A stretch of DNA of 62,858 nucleotides, the filler included, from Rhabdomonas costata (taxonomy: Eukaryota), in assembly GCA_019059605.1 (NCBI GenBank). It is 26 parts of 26 records of this genome, joined end to end, with 100 filler letters (N's around TTAATTAATTAA, not from the genome) between each part and the next. Parts side by side here need not be neighbours in the genome. Positions count along the whole stretch, not along the records: positions 48,451 to 50,770 come from JAHMHO010004065.1; positions 50,871 to 53,185 come from JAHMHO010004066.1; positions 53,286 to 55,603 come from JAHMHO010004067.1; positions 55,704 to 58,022 come from JAHMHO010004068.1; positions 58,123 to 60,439 come from JAHMHO010004069.1; positions 60,540 to 62,858 come from JAHMHO010004070.1; 20 more parts are not named here. One strand, 5' to 3'. The translations under genes and the position numbers were made by a program. The first letter of the stretch is position 1; every line of letters starts with the position of its first letter. Under the pieces are notes generated by a model, which did no database searches, was not told the DNA's origin, and saw nothing but the letters and a program-made list of their open reading frames with translations. This document shows, in pieces, positions 49,000 to 60,548 of this stretch.

Positions 49000-50760
49000 G
49001 CGCCAGGCCTCGAGCTGCTCCTGCCAGTGGGCCTCGAAGTCCTCATCGCGGGGGGCGAAGGTGGTGGCATAGTAGGCCACCCATTGCCGCCCAAATCCCA
49101 TGTCAATCCCAGCCTGTGGGGACGCAGCGGGGTAGGTGGGAAGTGAATTCAAAGATGTGTGCAAGAAGTTCGTGCCCGCACCAGCATGTGAGTGATTCTT
49201 CATTCCTAGAACTCAGGGACGAAAGAGGTATGTTCCAACTATAGGTTCACAAAACCTTAGGGGGTAAGGGGAGAATAAGGAGGGAGCGAGCCTTGCTTGG
49301 CTTCTTTGTCCTTCAATCATTTTATCTATCCTCATCTGGACATCTGGATTTGAAAACTGAGGTTTTCCTTCGCGGAACGGCCTTTCTTTCTTCTTTGTGT
49401 GCTCGGCCCCGCGATCCCAACCTCAGACACCTTAGCCTTCGTATAACCGTATCTATGCCTTTGTAGCAAAGGCCATGGGAACTTACTGTGTGTCATGCCC
49501 CTTGTGCAGCGCCAATGGCGCAGCGCAAGGGATGCTGTGGCGTCCCGCTTCTGTCCATTTTGCCAGCTGAAAGCTGAAGTTTCTGTGGTTTCAAAGAAAT
49601 TAACAGAACAGAATGTTCGACACGCTCAGGGGAAAGAAATGATTGGCCATTCCCCTGTCCGGAGAGAAGGCACATGGGCATGGAAGCGGTGGAGGGAAGG
49701 GACAGTTGCGCCACAAGGTACACACCCGAGTGGCCAATGGGGCCTGCCCGCCCGCAGTGGTGTGGCCCACGGTAAGGAACATCTTGGCCGCGGCGACGTA
49801 GTCGCGGTCCTGCTTTGTGAGGGCAATCCCGCGCTTCCACAGCTCCTTCCGCCGCTCCACCTCTCGATCCGCGGCGGAGGGCGGGAGGATGCGTGCGTCG
49901 AAGCCCCCGGTGGAGTGGAACCCCGGGTTGGGCCGGGGCTGCCCCACCACAGGGGAGCCTCCCTTGGACGGGGAGGGCGCCGTGGGGTCCTCCTTGGGTC
50001 CACCGGTGGAGAGCTTGCCAGGGGTTCCTGATGGACACCCCAAGCATAAATTTCCATTTCCTATTTTACCATTATTGGCCCATTTTTATTAGAGAAGGAG
50101 CACGGGCGCAGGAGTTCTTGGTGTGGTTGGGGCGCGGCATCAAACAATCTTACACGAAAAAACACTAAAAGACCTCCGGTGTCAGGTGGGATGCAAAAAA
50201 AAACGGATTGAAACAAGAAAGACGAGCAGAATTTTTTCCGAAAGTATTTTTTACAATTATTTTTACACTTTCTTTTACTATAACTGTCTCGACAGTGCTT
50301 GTATTTCACGTCCAAGATGTGCGCGGACCGCGAAGCAAACTGAATTAGATTACGAGCAAGCATAACAATCCAAAAGTTCGCGACTGAATGGTAACGGGGA
50401 CGCTTGCCTGAAGTCTGCGAGCTGGTAAATACACACTTGTTAGTGAGTGAGAAAAGGAGCGAGTAGCTTTGTGCGCGTGTGCAAGCGCGAGGATAAGCAC
50501 TGTGCCTCCCACCGTAGTCATCGCCTTCCGCAGGGAACAGCGCCGCGGGCCACGCAGGAAAGTCCGTGAAGCTTCTCGCCTCAGGGCTTTCGAACGCGTG
50601 CAGCACCGGGGGCCACCTTCCGCCTGCACCTCCCCGCTGCGCAGTGGCCGAAGGGGCGGAGGACGAGCCCGGAGGTGCCCTAACCGAGGCCGGCCCTCCA
50701 TCGACGGAGTACAGCGAGGCCACCCCACGCCGGACCACTCCACGGCGCTGCGAGGGAGCA
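49000..50760 (-). CDS. Three exons of an unknown protein
   Basis: Exons ~50760-50513, 50027-49771, 49113-49000 join in phase via GT-AG introns. No recognisable domain. Confidence 0.55.
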
Positions 50761-52243
50761 AAACCCAACANNNNNNNNNNNNNNNNNNNNNNNNNNNNNN
50801 NNNNNNNNNNNNNNTTAATTAATTAANNNNNNNNNNNNNNNNNNNNNNNNNNNNNNNNNNNNNNNNNNNNCATTTTCCCCGATTCCCCGATTTGCTTGTG
50901 GTTGGTGTCCTGTAAAAACGTTTTGATTTGCTTCGCGACTGCCGGTCAGAACGGCGGTTCCACAAGCGTCCACAAGTGCACATCGACGAGGCGCTCCTTC
51001 CTTTTTGATTTACGGTCCTGCGGTTAATAAAAAACATCTACGGGAACCCACACAGCCTTGGGTGAGTCTCGGCGATCTGACACCGCGGTGGACACCCCCA
51101 CCGCGGATGCCAAGGGTAAGGGCCCCCTGGCCGAGAGCAAGCATCTCGGCAGCTCCGCCTACTCCGCGTCCACCCTGGAGCGCTCCACTGCCTCCACGGC
51201 CAGCGCCCCAACTTCCGCAGGTTCACACACACACACATAAGACTGGTGTCTGGCACAAAGGAGGCACAAAAGAGGGGCGAACTTGCATATTTGATGTGGA
51301 TGATACTATGCACGACAGGCGTTCGGGAAGCCGCGAGTAGTACTTCGTGCGTCTGTTGCAGAACTGGAATACCACCGTCATCGAGATCGCACAAAGAAAA
51401 AGGACAAAGCCCGCTGATCCCAAGCAAGCTGTACACATACTCAGATACGCGCATTTGAGCAAGATTGCGCGGAGGCAAGGTGACACAACCGCTTCAACAA
51501 CCCATTTGCAAAAAGCAGAGGCGCATGCAGGTTCTGTGGTGGTTTCCCTCAATCGCACGCGAAGCGAGAACAAAAGGGGGAAAAAGGCGCGTCCTCAGCG
51601 AATGGAAACTTTCAGGAAAGTCGGGTCAGCCCATTTCTACATGACCTTGGAATTTTCACCCATTCACCCCATGTGACTGTTGGAGTAGCCTCCAATTACG
51701 ACGATGACCTCTCTCCCGTCGCCTGAACCAGAGTTTACACACCGTGCATCAGTGACACCAAAAAAATGATATCCAAACGCTTAATAGTGTTAATATCGGC
51801 GTTCCAATCCCGATGGATACGAAAACGCACCGGCCTACTGGCCGGCCTACTGGCCTCCTTCAACTCCTCAGGCGGTAGAAACTGAGCGAAATGAAAACGC
51901 GGCGCCCGTGAAGGTGGGATTCCTTTGTCCCCATTTACTCGCTTTCTGTGGGCCTCTGTGGTCGCAAGGTTTCTTTGCATGTTTCCACCCACGTACGATG
52001 CGTTTCTTCGTGTGGTTGTGTTGCACATTCGCACACCTTGTCTTCGTCCTTCGATCATTGCAATTCACGTCTTTGTGCACATTGCTTTATGTTTCACGTG
52101 TCATGCACTCCCCCTTCCCCACACTGCTCTAGGTTCCCAACAACAAAACAAGGGGACAACAAAAGACGGACTCGTCAGGTGCACAATCTGCGTGAAGATC
52201 AGGCTTGCTTTCTGCCCGCCCTGGACTAGTGCGGAGAATAAGA

Positions 52244-52550
52244 GGCGCTATGGCATTATGGGGACCCCCTGTATCAAGTGTATTTTGGGGACCGCGCAAC
52301 ACACTCTGTGCTTTCATCTTCACTTTCTTTTGCCTCGCCACCGGAAATCTCACTCCTCTCCGCGTCATAGCAAACAACAAAATATCAAAGAAAGCCTAAG
52401 TCCGTAATAATACACCGAAAACTCCGGGATCCCCAACTTGCCCATAGATTGTCCTGTCTGGGAAACCTTGGGTCCCAAAAATACACCGAAACAGGGGGTC
52501 CCAAAAATACACTTGATACGGGGGGGGAGTCCCCATAATGCCACTTCGCC
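52244..52550. mobile_element. 307-bp MITE, possibly hAT-type
   Basis: About 50-bp imperfect terminal inverted repeats (core TGGCATTATGGGGAC...GTATCAAGTGTATTTT). 8-bp flanks GAATAAGA / AAATAAGA (7/8). Subterminal AATACAC repeats. Confidence 0.75.
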
Positions 52551-53319
52551 AAATAAGACGCACGAAAAGAACGCACATACGCATACACAGGCTCCCCCAC
52601 TCGTGCCGAGGAGAGCAGGGCAGATGGCACCGACGGCGACGACCACGATGAGGAGGAAGCCAAGGATGCCTGAGCATCTCGCTGAACCCATCGGTGCAAA
52701 AGCCCTGTATGCTATCGGGCATGCGCTGAAGGGGTGCTGGACCTTCCCCTGCTTCTTGTGCTTCTTGTTTCTGAACTTTCGTTCGATTTCCTCTTGAGAA
52801 GCGCGCGGCTGGTTGGTCCTTCTGCCTCCTCATCAACCCATCAACCCTCTCTCTGGTCACGTGGGCTGTTCCAAGGGGCTGTGTGCCCCCGTTTGTACTC
52901 CACCACTTTTCCGCTCCACCCATGTGTGTCGGCGTTCCCCTCCCGCCCGTGGGTTGGGAAGAAGCCTCATGACTGCTCGTTGATCTTGGGTATCCCCAAA
53001 AACATTTCGAAAGTGACAATTAGGTGACATTCTTGAAAAGCTCCACACTAACTTACAATCTTATCCTTTTGGAAACAATCGATCCCGCAAGTGTCCGTCC
53101 CAAGGAACTCTGGACGCGTTTGCAGCCAGTCTTGGAAGCAACTATCCTCAGCCTGCTGCACCCACAAACCACCCACACCCACCACNNNNNNNNNNNNNNN
53201 NNNNNNNNNNNNNNNNNNNNNNNNNNNNNTTAATTAATTAANNNNNNNNNNNNNNNNNNNNNNNNNNNNNNNNNNNNNNNNNNNNGTGTGGGTGTGTTGG
53301 GGTTGGTGTGTACACGCAC

Positions 53320-54540
53320 CCACGCAGCTGCCGACGTCATTGACGGTGGGATCTGTGCAGTAGGAGAACCGGCCCTTGAAGAGGTTCACCCCAACCACCC
53401 CGTAGGCCATAATAAAGAGAGCGTTGATGATCACAATGTTGACCATCACAGGCACCGTGCGGAAGATCGCACGCACAAGTACCTGGCCACAGCCGCACCA
53501 ATCTTACCCGAATTCTAACCCAAAAATTCGCGCCATCAGCCGTGAGAAGGGCCAAATCGTGCCCCCCCATACAGATTCCACATCCCGGGCTCTGCAAAAT
53601 GGGGGGATAGGTCACCTTTTTGGCTCATCTCTTCTTCTTTCCTTTAATAGCAAAAAAAGAAGAGAACAAAACTCGGGGCAGCAACAATCGGGCAAACGAC
53701 AACTAGCACCTTCAGGCTGTCAAGGTATAGGATGACTCGGACGATTCGGAGGGCACGGAACCCCCGCATTGGGGCCACCACACAGGCCAGGATCATCACC
53801 ACCGTGATCACGCAGTCCAGGGTGTTCCAGGGAATCCGAAAGTACGCCGAGCTGTGGTCCCACAGACCCTGTTTCAGGTTGTAGTGGTCAGGAATGCAGA
53901 GAAGCAAGAAGGGAGGGGGGCAACCGAACAAGCGCAACTGTGAAAAACACTACTTTGTGAGGAAAATGTACGCTGAGCCGGGCGTGCTTGGGAAGAAGAC
54001 TCACAATTGGAGGAGGTCAGGTAACTTTGCCGCTGTCTTCAACGAGGTCACAACGCGAAGTATGATATGCTGCTCAACAACTATTCCCAACCCAACGGGC
54101 CATCCTGCACGAGACAATGGGCATGTAAGGCACAAGCGGGCAGTATTGTTCCCTAGTTCTCATGAAGCCAAACAGCATTTCGGCGGCCACGACATCGGTA
54201 TGGCAAAGCCATGGTGGGTCCACCATGCAGATGATGTGCTTTGCCACTAAAATCCTCTCAGACCTCCGCACACCAGCACAATCATCTTCGCAAGCATCTC
54301 TGCAACAAACACGGCGGTGAAAAGGAAATTCGCGGCCTCGACGGTCCAGTAGTACCCCGGGTACACGCTGGGATCTAGGGCGGGGTAGTCCAGCGCGAGG
54401 AACACCGAGCTGATCAGGATAAGCACCACCATAGTGGCCTCGAATCGCGGCCACAGGATCACTCGGGCCAGGGCTCTCCTGAAGGGGTGCTCCGCAGAGA
54501 ACAGCCCCAGGGAGGTGCCCTCCAGGGTGTCCAGGATGTC
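53320..54540 (-). CDS. Four-domain voltage-gated Ca2+/Na+ channel alpha subunit, domain III S1-S5 (partial); a Ser-rich linker exon probably lies at ~55283-55603
   Basis: Exons 54540-54274, 53868-53710, 53482-53320: SLGLFSAEHPFR...ILISSVFLALD...AYFRIPWNTLD...RGFRALRIVR (S4)...GVNLFKGRFSYCTD. Confidence 0.92.
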
Positions 54541-55706
54541 CTGAAGAAACAAAAGAAAGCAGAAGGAAGCTCGGGGGCGTCCCGGGCGGCCAAGGTCCCT
54601 CACGACTTGCCCGTCAGACTGTCAAATGTCCGGGATAAAGCTCTCTCCAACCTTGGAGATGTCATTTCACCAAAGATGCTGCAGAGAAAACAGGACTGCA
54701 TGCGCCTGGCGAACTGATCAGTCTGGAGTCAGGAGTCGCCGGGGAGTTCCCTTGGAATGTTCTCTGCAACACCTATCGCGAGAAAACGGCTGGTACTGTC
54801 ATGTGCATAACATCGCGGAAAAGAAGCTTGGCCCATGGCTTCTGCTGTGATTTCCGTGGCCAGATCATCCTGATTTTGGGTTGAAGCTGCAGTAAACAGA
54901 GCTGGTGAATTTGCAACACACACACCATGGCAGTGCAACTGGTGTTCTCAAACTGCTCCATTATCTCAGGGTCTTGATCGAGGATGCTGGAATGAAGTTG
55001 GAATGAAGTCTTTCGGTGTAATTCCGTCTCTTGTGCTGGGTAAACGCTGGAACGGACTCTGTCAAGCACCGAAATTGTCTCAGATCCACATCACCGTCTC
55101 GATTAGGTGCATGAAAGAAGGCAACTCTGACATTACCCCAATCTGAGATTTTCCAGCAGGGGCCAGCAGGTGTGGGGGACATAGGTTGCCTGAAAACAAA
55201 CCGTCTCGAGCAGTCGCGAAAGATGAGATGATAACTAAGAAAATTCATATGCACACAGCCACAGGGTGCGGCATGCCAGGGCCTCCTCGTCGGAGTTCTC
55301 GTCGCTGCTGGATTGCGTCGTGCCCTCGGTCTCCACTAGAGAGGCCAAGCTCACCGGAGTGAGCAGCGGCAAGGACCCTCGGGCACCCGCGGGCTCGTGC
55401 ACCTCTTCGATCACCTGAAGCTGCGGAAGGGCCCGTGGGGGCGGGCTGCAAACTGCGAAGGGGGCGGCAACAGGGACAGAGGGAGCTCCCTCCCCCTCTG
55501 CTGAAGCCGTGGAGGAGCTGCTGGCCGAATCGGAGGACTGCCCGCGGCTCCCCTTATCACCTTCGCTGCCGCTGTCTCTGCCGCTACTGCTGCTGCTGCT
55601 GCGNNNNNNNNNNNNNNNNNNNNNNNNNNNNNNNNNNNNNNNNNNNNTTAATTAATTAANNNNNNNNNNNNNNNNNNNNNNNNNNNNNNNNNNNNNNNNN
55701 NNNTGT

Positions 55707-56909
55707 GTGGTGGAGAACGTCAGCAGTGAGCCGTCCCGGCGTGCGCGGATGGACCTTCGGGTGAGCTACTGCACCCCAGCGGAGGTGCTCTCGGCAGCGA
55801 TGGCGGAGGTCCAAAACGCACTGGAGGCCGACCCAGAGCTTGCCGAGGCGTGCCCGACCGTGTTGTCTGACCGTGAGATTGTTTGGCTTGGCTGAAAGAA
55901 AGAGAGTGTGTGCGTGTAGAAAGTTTTTTTTTGGAAGGTCGGGTTCTTTTATATGGTTTCATGATTTGCGGGGGAGTAATTTTTGGCAGGGGCTTCGTTT
56001 CGCGTGGGCAACCATTAAGCCGTTTCCCCACACGAAACCGAGTTTCCAGGTGCGGTACCCCATCCACCACCCAGCCCACGAGGGTCATCCACCACTGTGA
56101 GGTGGATGACCAGAGAGGAGGCACCAGAGAGGAGCGGGAACCCGTGACAGCAGTGTCCTGTAATTTCTGTAATTCGAGGGGGAACGAGATCCCAGCATGG
56201 CAAAAACCGCGCATGGTCAACCTTCTGACATTGACTCAACTGCACCTCACAAAGTTCAGCGGTGAGAACCGCCGTGAGCGCGGCGGTGGCGTGTGCATCT
56301 ATTCTTGAGGTTCCATCTTCAGTATTAACGTTGCACCTATTTTTGAAGACTGCAGTTGTAGGCTTGGGAGATCACTCCGTGTATGCGGGGGGGGGGGGCC
56401 ACTCTCAATCTTTCTGCCGTCCTTGGTTTTCAAAATGGCTCAAGTTCAGGGCAGCGGCCCACTTTACCATGGCGTTTGCGCGTGTGTGGGGTACCCGTCA
56501 CGTTTTCAAGTGGCAGTGGTATACCATGGTAGAATCGTAACGTAGCCAAGACGTCTGCCCGCAAGAGTGGTAAGATACCCCGCACAAGTGTACCACACAA
56601 GTGTGCCTCACTTAGTTTGGACCAGAGATGACAAAAGAACTGCCATCCTTTCTGTCCTTTCTGACTCATTCCTGTTCCTTTTCTCTGCTGCGTGCCTTTT
56701 TGCAGGGCAGCACTTGCCTTGTGGCTGAGGCGGATGAAAAGGGAATCCTGGTGCGGTCAACTGTGTTCATTCGCAAGGACGTCCGATCCATACTCGCCAC
56801 CCAGAGCCGGGTGTTCCTGGTCATTCTGGGCATCCTTCAGCGCAACAACGTACAGTGTGTCAACCAGGGAAATGTTGCGAAGTGCAGTGGGCTTCCACCA
56901 CAGGGATAG
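55707..56909 (+). CDS. MscS-family mechanosensitive channel, C-terminal domain
   Basis: VENVSSEPSRRARMDLRVSYCTP...ADPEL joins exon 56706-56909 LVAEADEKGILVRSTVFI...QSRVFLVILGILQRNNV. Donor is at 55848 (GC) or 55860 (GT). Confidence 0.7.
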
Positions 56910-58994
56910 GTGTGTAGCTGTTGCTACGCCGCGCTGTTGCTGCGCCGCGCTGCTGTGCTGCTTGCTCGGCATTGTGCGCATTTTCCCTTTGATAGGTCTT
57001 GTAAGGCCCTTGCCATGGGCAGGCATTTCCCTGTGCACCACACCTCGGCAGGCGCTACTGCTGCCCACTGTTGAGTTTTTCCTTGCTGCTGGGTTGTATT
57101 TTTGAAACTTTTCATGAGAGAGTTTCGTGGCTAATATTTTATTTCGGTGAAAGCGGCACACAAGTTATCTACTTGCGAGCGCGCAGGCTCACCTCCAATA
57201 AACAGAGATCCAAGACCCAGTGACAGCCGTCGGGAAAGACGAGGTAGGCTGAGCTTTTTTGTTCGATTCTGGCGTGCTCGTGGCTCGTTCGTGACGCGTG
57301 GTGTGGGTCTGGGCCGGCATAGACCTGTATTCATAGGAGATAGCACTCTTAGAATGCAGCGGCTCTTAGGATGCTGGCAGTATGGGGATGGGACAACTGT
57401 TAGCGGAGATACTGATTTAAAGGACTCATCACCACTATTTTGTTGAGGGGAGTTGACACTTTGAGGGACCTCGCACTTTTTTATTTCGCAGCCCACATAT
57501 TTTTTTCGTCCCCTTTCTTTGACCGCGTTCGGAACCGTTTTTAGCATCCCTAGGCGCTTCGAGCTACCTCTCGTTTTTCCAAGTGCTGCCCCCCCTCCCC
57601 TTCTGCCCACCCATCTCACTTGTGAATGTCGACCACCGTGGGAAGCACCTCGGCGAGTGGCTTGGGGTGTGCCTCCTCACAGGGGTGCAAGCCCTGCACA
57701 GTATGTGTGTTTACATGCTTGGTGTCAACCAAAGGATTGCCTTTCTTCCACTGATTGTGATTTTCGGCGATTATCACAATACTTCACCCCCCCCCCAATG
57801 TTGTCAAGATACTGCACCCTACTCCCACGCAACTTCATCTCCACCTAACCCCTATCGCTACCTAACCCCCAACCCGCTGGCTTTGGATTGACAACATCCC
57901 TTTTATAGCGTATAGCCCAGTGCCCGGGGCGGTGTCGCGTAAAGAACCGATTTTCTTTCAGAAGCATTCGGCCACTTGTGGACTCCCGATGTTATCGCTG
58001 TCCTGCAGCTCACCCCCCCACANNNNNNNNNNNNNNNNNNNNNNNNNNNNNNNNNNNNNNNNNNNNTTAATTAATTAANNNNNNNNNNNNNNNNNNNNNN
58101 NNNNNNNNNNNNNNNNNNNNNNTGGTTGGCATATAAAAATGTGTTCTGTGCAAGCTGAGTTCAGTGGAGCAGTACTACAAATCAATGTGCCCAACATCGA
58201 GAGTACATGTATGTGGGTGTTTTCTCTCCACATCGGGTGCGAAACAACTGGACTCGTGCAGTCAACTCTCGAACTTTCCATTTCAAACTTTTCGCGTTGG
58301 CAACATTCTTCTATGTGTGCCACCTCTCTCTCTCTCGCTTGCTCTCTTCTCGATGCTTTTTTCCCTAGAAGTTTTAGGACTGCCGTACTTTCTGCCAATG
58401 CCAAGGGGATTTATTTTTTCCAGCGCCTCCAAGCCGAGAAAACCGCGAGAGAACACACCGCAAACCAGGTACCGGCAGGGAAACATGAAACGAAAGATTG
58501 ACCTAGCCGTTTTTGCCGTTTTTGCTAGCGGCTTGTGCCTTCGAAATGAACCGCTTTTGGCCGGTGTCGGTATCCTGTCGGTCATCCGTCGAAGTGGTTG
58601 CGTGCGGGCAGAGTGGCTGCCATCGAAGGGGTCGGGGCCAGTTGTGTGCCGCCATGTTCCCGGAGAGTTTCCTAGCCCAACCAGTACGTTCCAACGAATT
58701 GGGATCTTCAGGTCTCAATCCTCCGCATCCGCGGTTTCAATGGCTATTTGCCGCCAAATACTTTGAAAGACGAAGCTCGAAAACAACAAACCCCCTCGGA
58801 CATGTTCGGAGATGACGCCAAAGACACAACTTTGCACATCGGATATTTTCACATGTGGTACTGGTCATGCGGGTCACTCGGCGTAGTGTTCGTCCATTTG
58901 AATCTTCGTTGTCCCTAACAAGCTCTTTTCACTGGGGTGGCTTTTTCCCTTGGTTCGTTGGCCTTCCAACGTTGGAGATCCCGCGGGGGATCTG

Positions 58995-59600
58995 CGAAGC
59001 CGAAACAGAGACAGAAGCGGAGAAAGAAGCAGAGGCAGAACCCAAGACCAACCTCGGAAGAGGGAATGCCGAAGACAGAAATCGAAGTCAGAACCACCGA
59101 ATTGGGAACCAACGCTTACCACACGATCCACGCAACTTCCTTCCAACCACGTACCCCCCAACCAAACTCACCAACCCAACGACCATGACCCGAACCCCCC
59201 AACCGAACAGGCCAATTCCAATTCCGAGGCCAATCCCACGTCAACCCAGAACCGCAAACACTGACCCAACCACCGCCACCAAACCCATCACCTTTCACAA
59301 AGAACGTGACCACCCGAACTCAGAATGCCGACTCCCAACGAACCCATCCAATTCCTGCTACAATTCCAGAGCAGAACCCTAACTTCTTTTGGCGCCACCA
59401 AATTCGACCCCATCCTTGGGAACGGCAGGGTTGGGGCGGACCGCGGCTGCTTTTGCAGCCAAGAAGCACGCAGTACACGGAGGGGTGTGGACCGCGGAAC
59501 GCAAACGCGAACAGAACGTTAAAACCCATACAACCGAGTACACGAGCACAAGCACTCCGAGAATCCGAACCCGGAAATTCGATGCACGGATATTCGCAAT
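58995..59600. repeat. C/A-rich cryptic simple-sequence tract, complementary in style to 22990-24045
   Basis: Dense GAACCC/CAGAAC/AATTCC/CCAAC words. The overlapping ORFs are low-complexity. Confidence 0.55.
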
Positions 59601-60548
59601 GATCCGCCTCTGGTTTGATATGGCCCAATCAGATCACATGCTATTCGCAAAAATTAAACCAAAAATGAAAAGCTACAATTTAGCTAAAAGAGCACTATGG
59701 TCTTTCGAAGGCTTTTAAACACATGATACCACAAAACCCTGACTGTTGCTTTCCCGATGGGTACATGCACACTCGCTTCCTCCTTGAGAAGAACGGCAAT
59801 CATGTGTGTGTCACGAGTCCAGCAAATCGGCACGGTTGCGAGCAGCACAAAACTATTGTACAGCGCAGCAGCACAACATAAAGGCACGACATGAACATGA
59901 CATTCAACAGCACAGTTATGTCCCAGGAAGAACAGCTGTGAGTGACGGTGGCTCTGAGAAAGCGATGCGAGGCGAGGTAGTCAGCAGAAGCTCGGGCGTT
60001 TCCAAAGTTCGCGGGGGGGTCACTGCGGTCTCCGAGCGCTCGTCGTGGTGCTGGTGCTTCTCCTGAGATTCGGGCCGCAGAGACCCGAGCGGGGGCACAT
60101 GAGGAGAGTTGCGCTCCCCTTGGTCGCGGAGGGACAGTACTGTTTTCGAGAGGGTTCGGGAAATAGGCCTCACCTTGGGCGTCAGGGTAGACGTTGTCCG
60201 AGACCCAGCCGACCGGACCACCACTTCCTTCTCGTCCCTTGTAACCCTGGAAGACCCAGGTGGGCTGTGCTGACGGCTCTCGCTCTGTCCCAACGGGACA
60301 GGTGAAACCTCTAAGACGGAGCCATTCCCAGGTGGGGGAGTCCCTGAAGCGACGGGTCCCGTCGAAGTCGAAGATGGCCGATCGATCGATGGTGCCTGCT
60401 GCTGTGGCAGGCGCGAGAATTTGGATGAGACCACACAAANNNNNNNNNNNNNNNNNNNNNNNNNNNNNNNNNNNNNNNNNNNNTTAATTAATTAANNNNN
60501 NNNNNNNNNNNNNNNNNNNNNNNNNNNNNNNNNNNNNNNGGGTTGGTT

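Noticed and set aside
59800-60438. Long overlapping ORFs as an identifiable gene
   Set aside because: An exon is likely (~60174-60400), but two frames are open and neither has a recognisable domain.
2324-60539. Regularly spaced TTAATTAATTAA as a biological repeat or array
   Set aside because: Always centred in fixed N runs; an artificial six-frame-stop linker.
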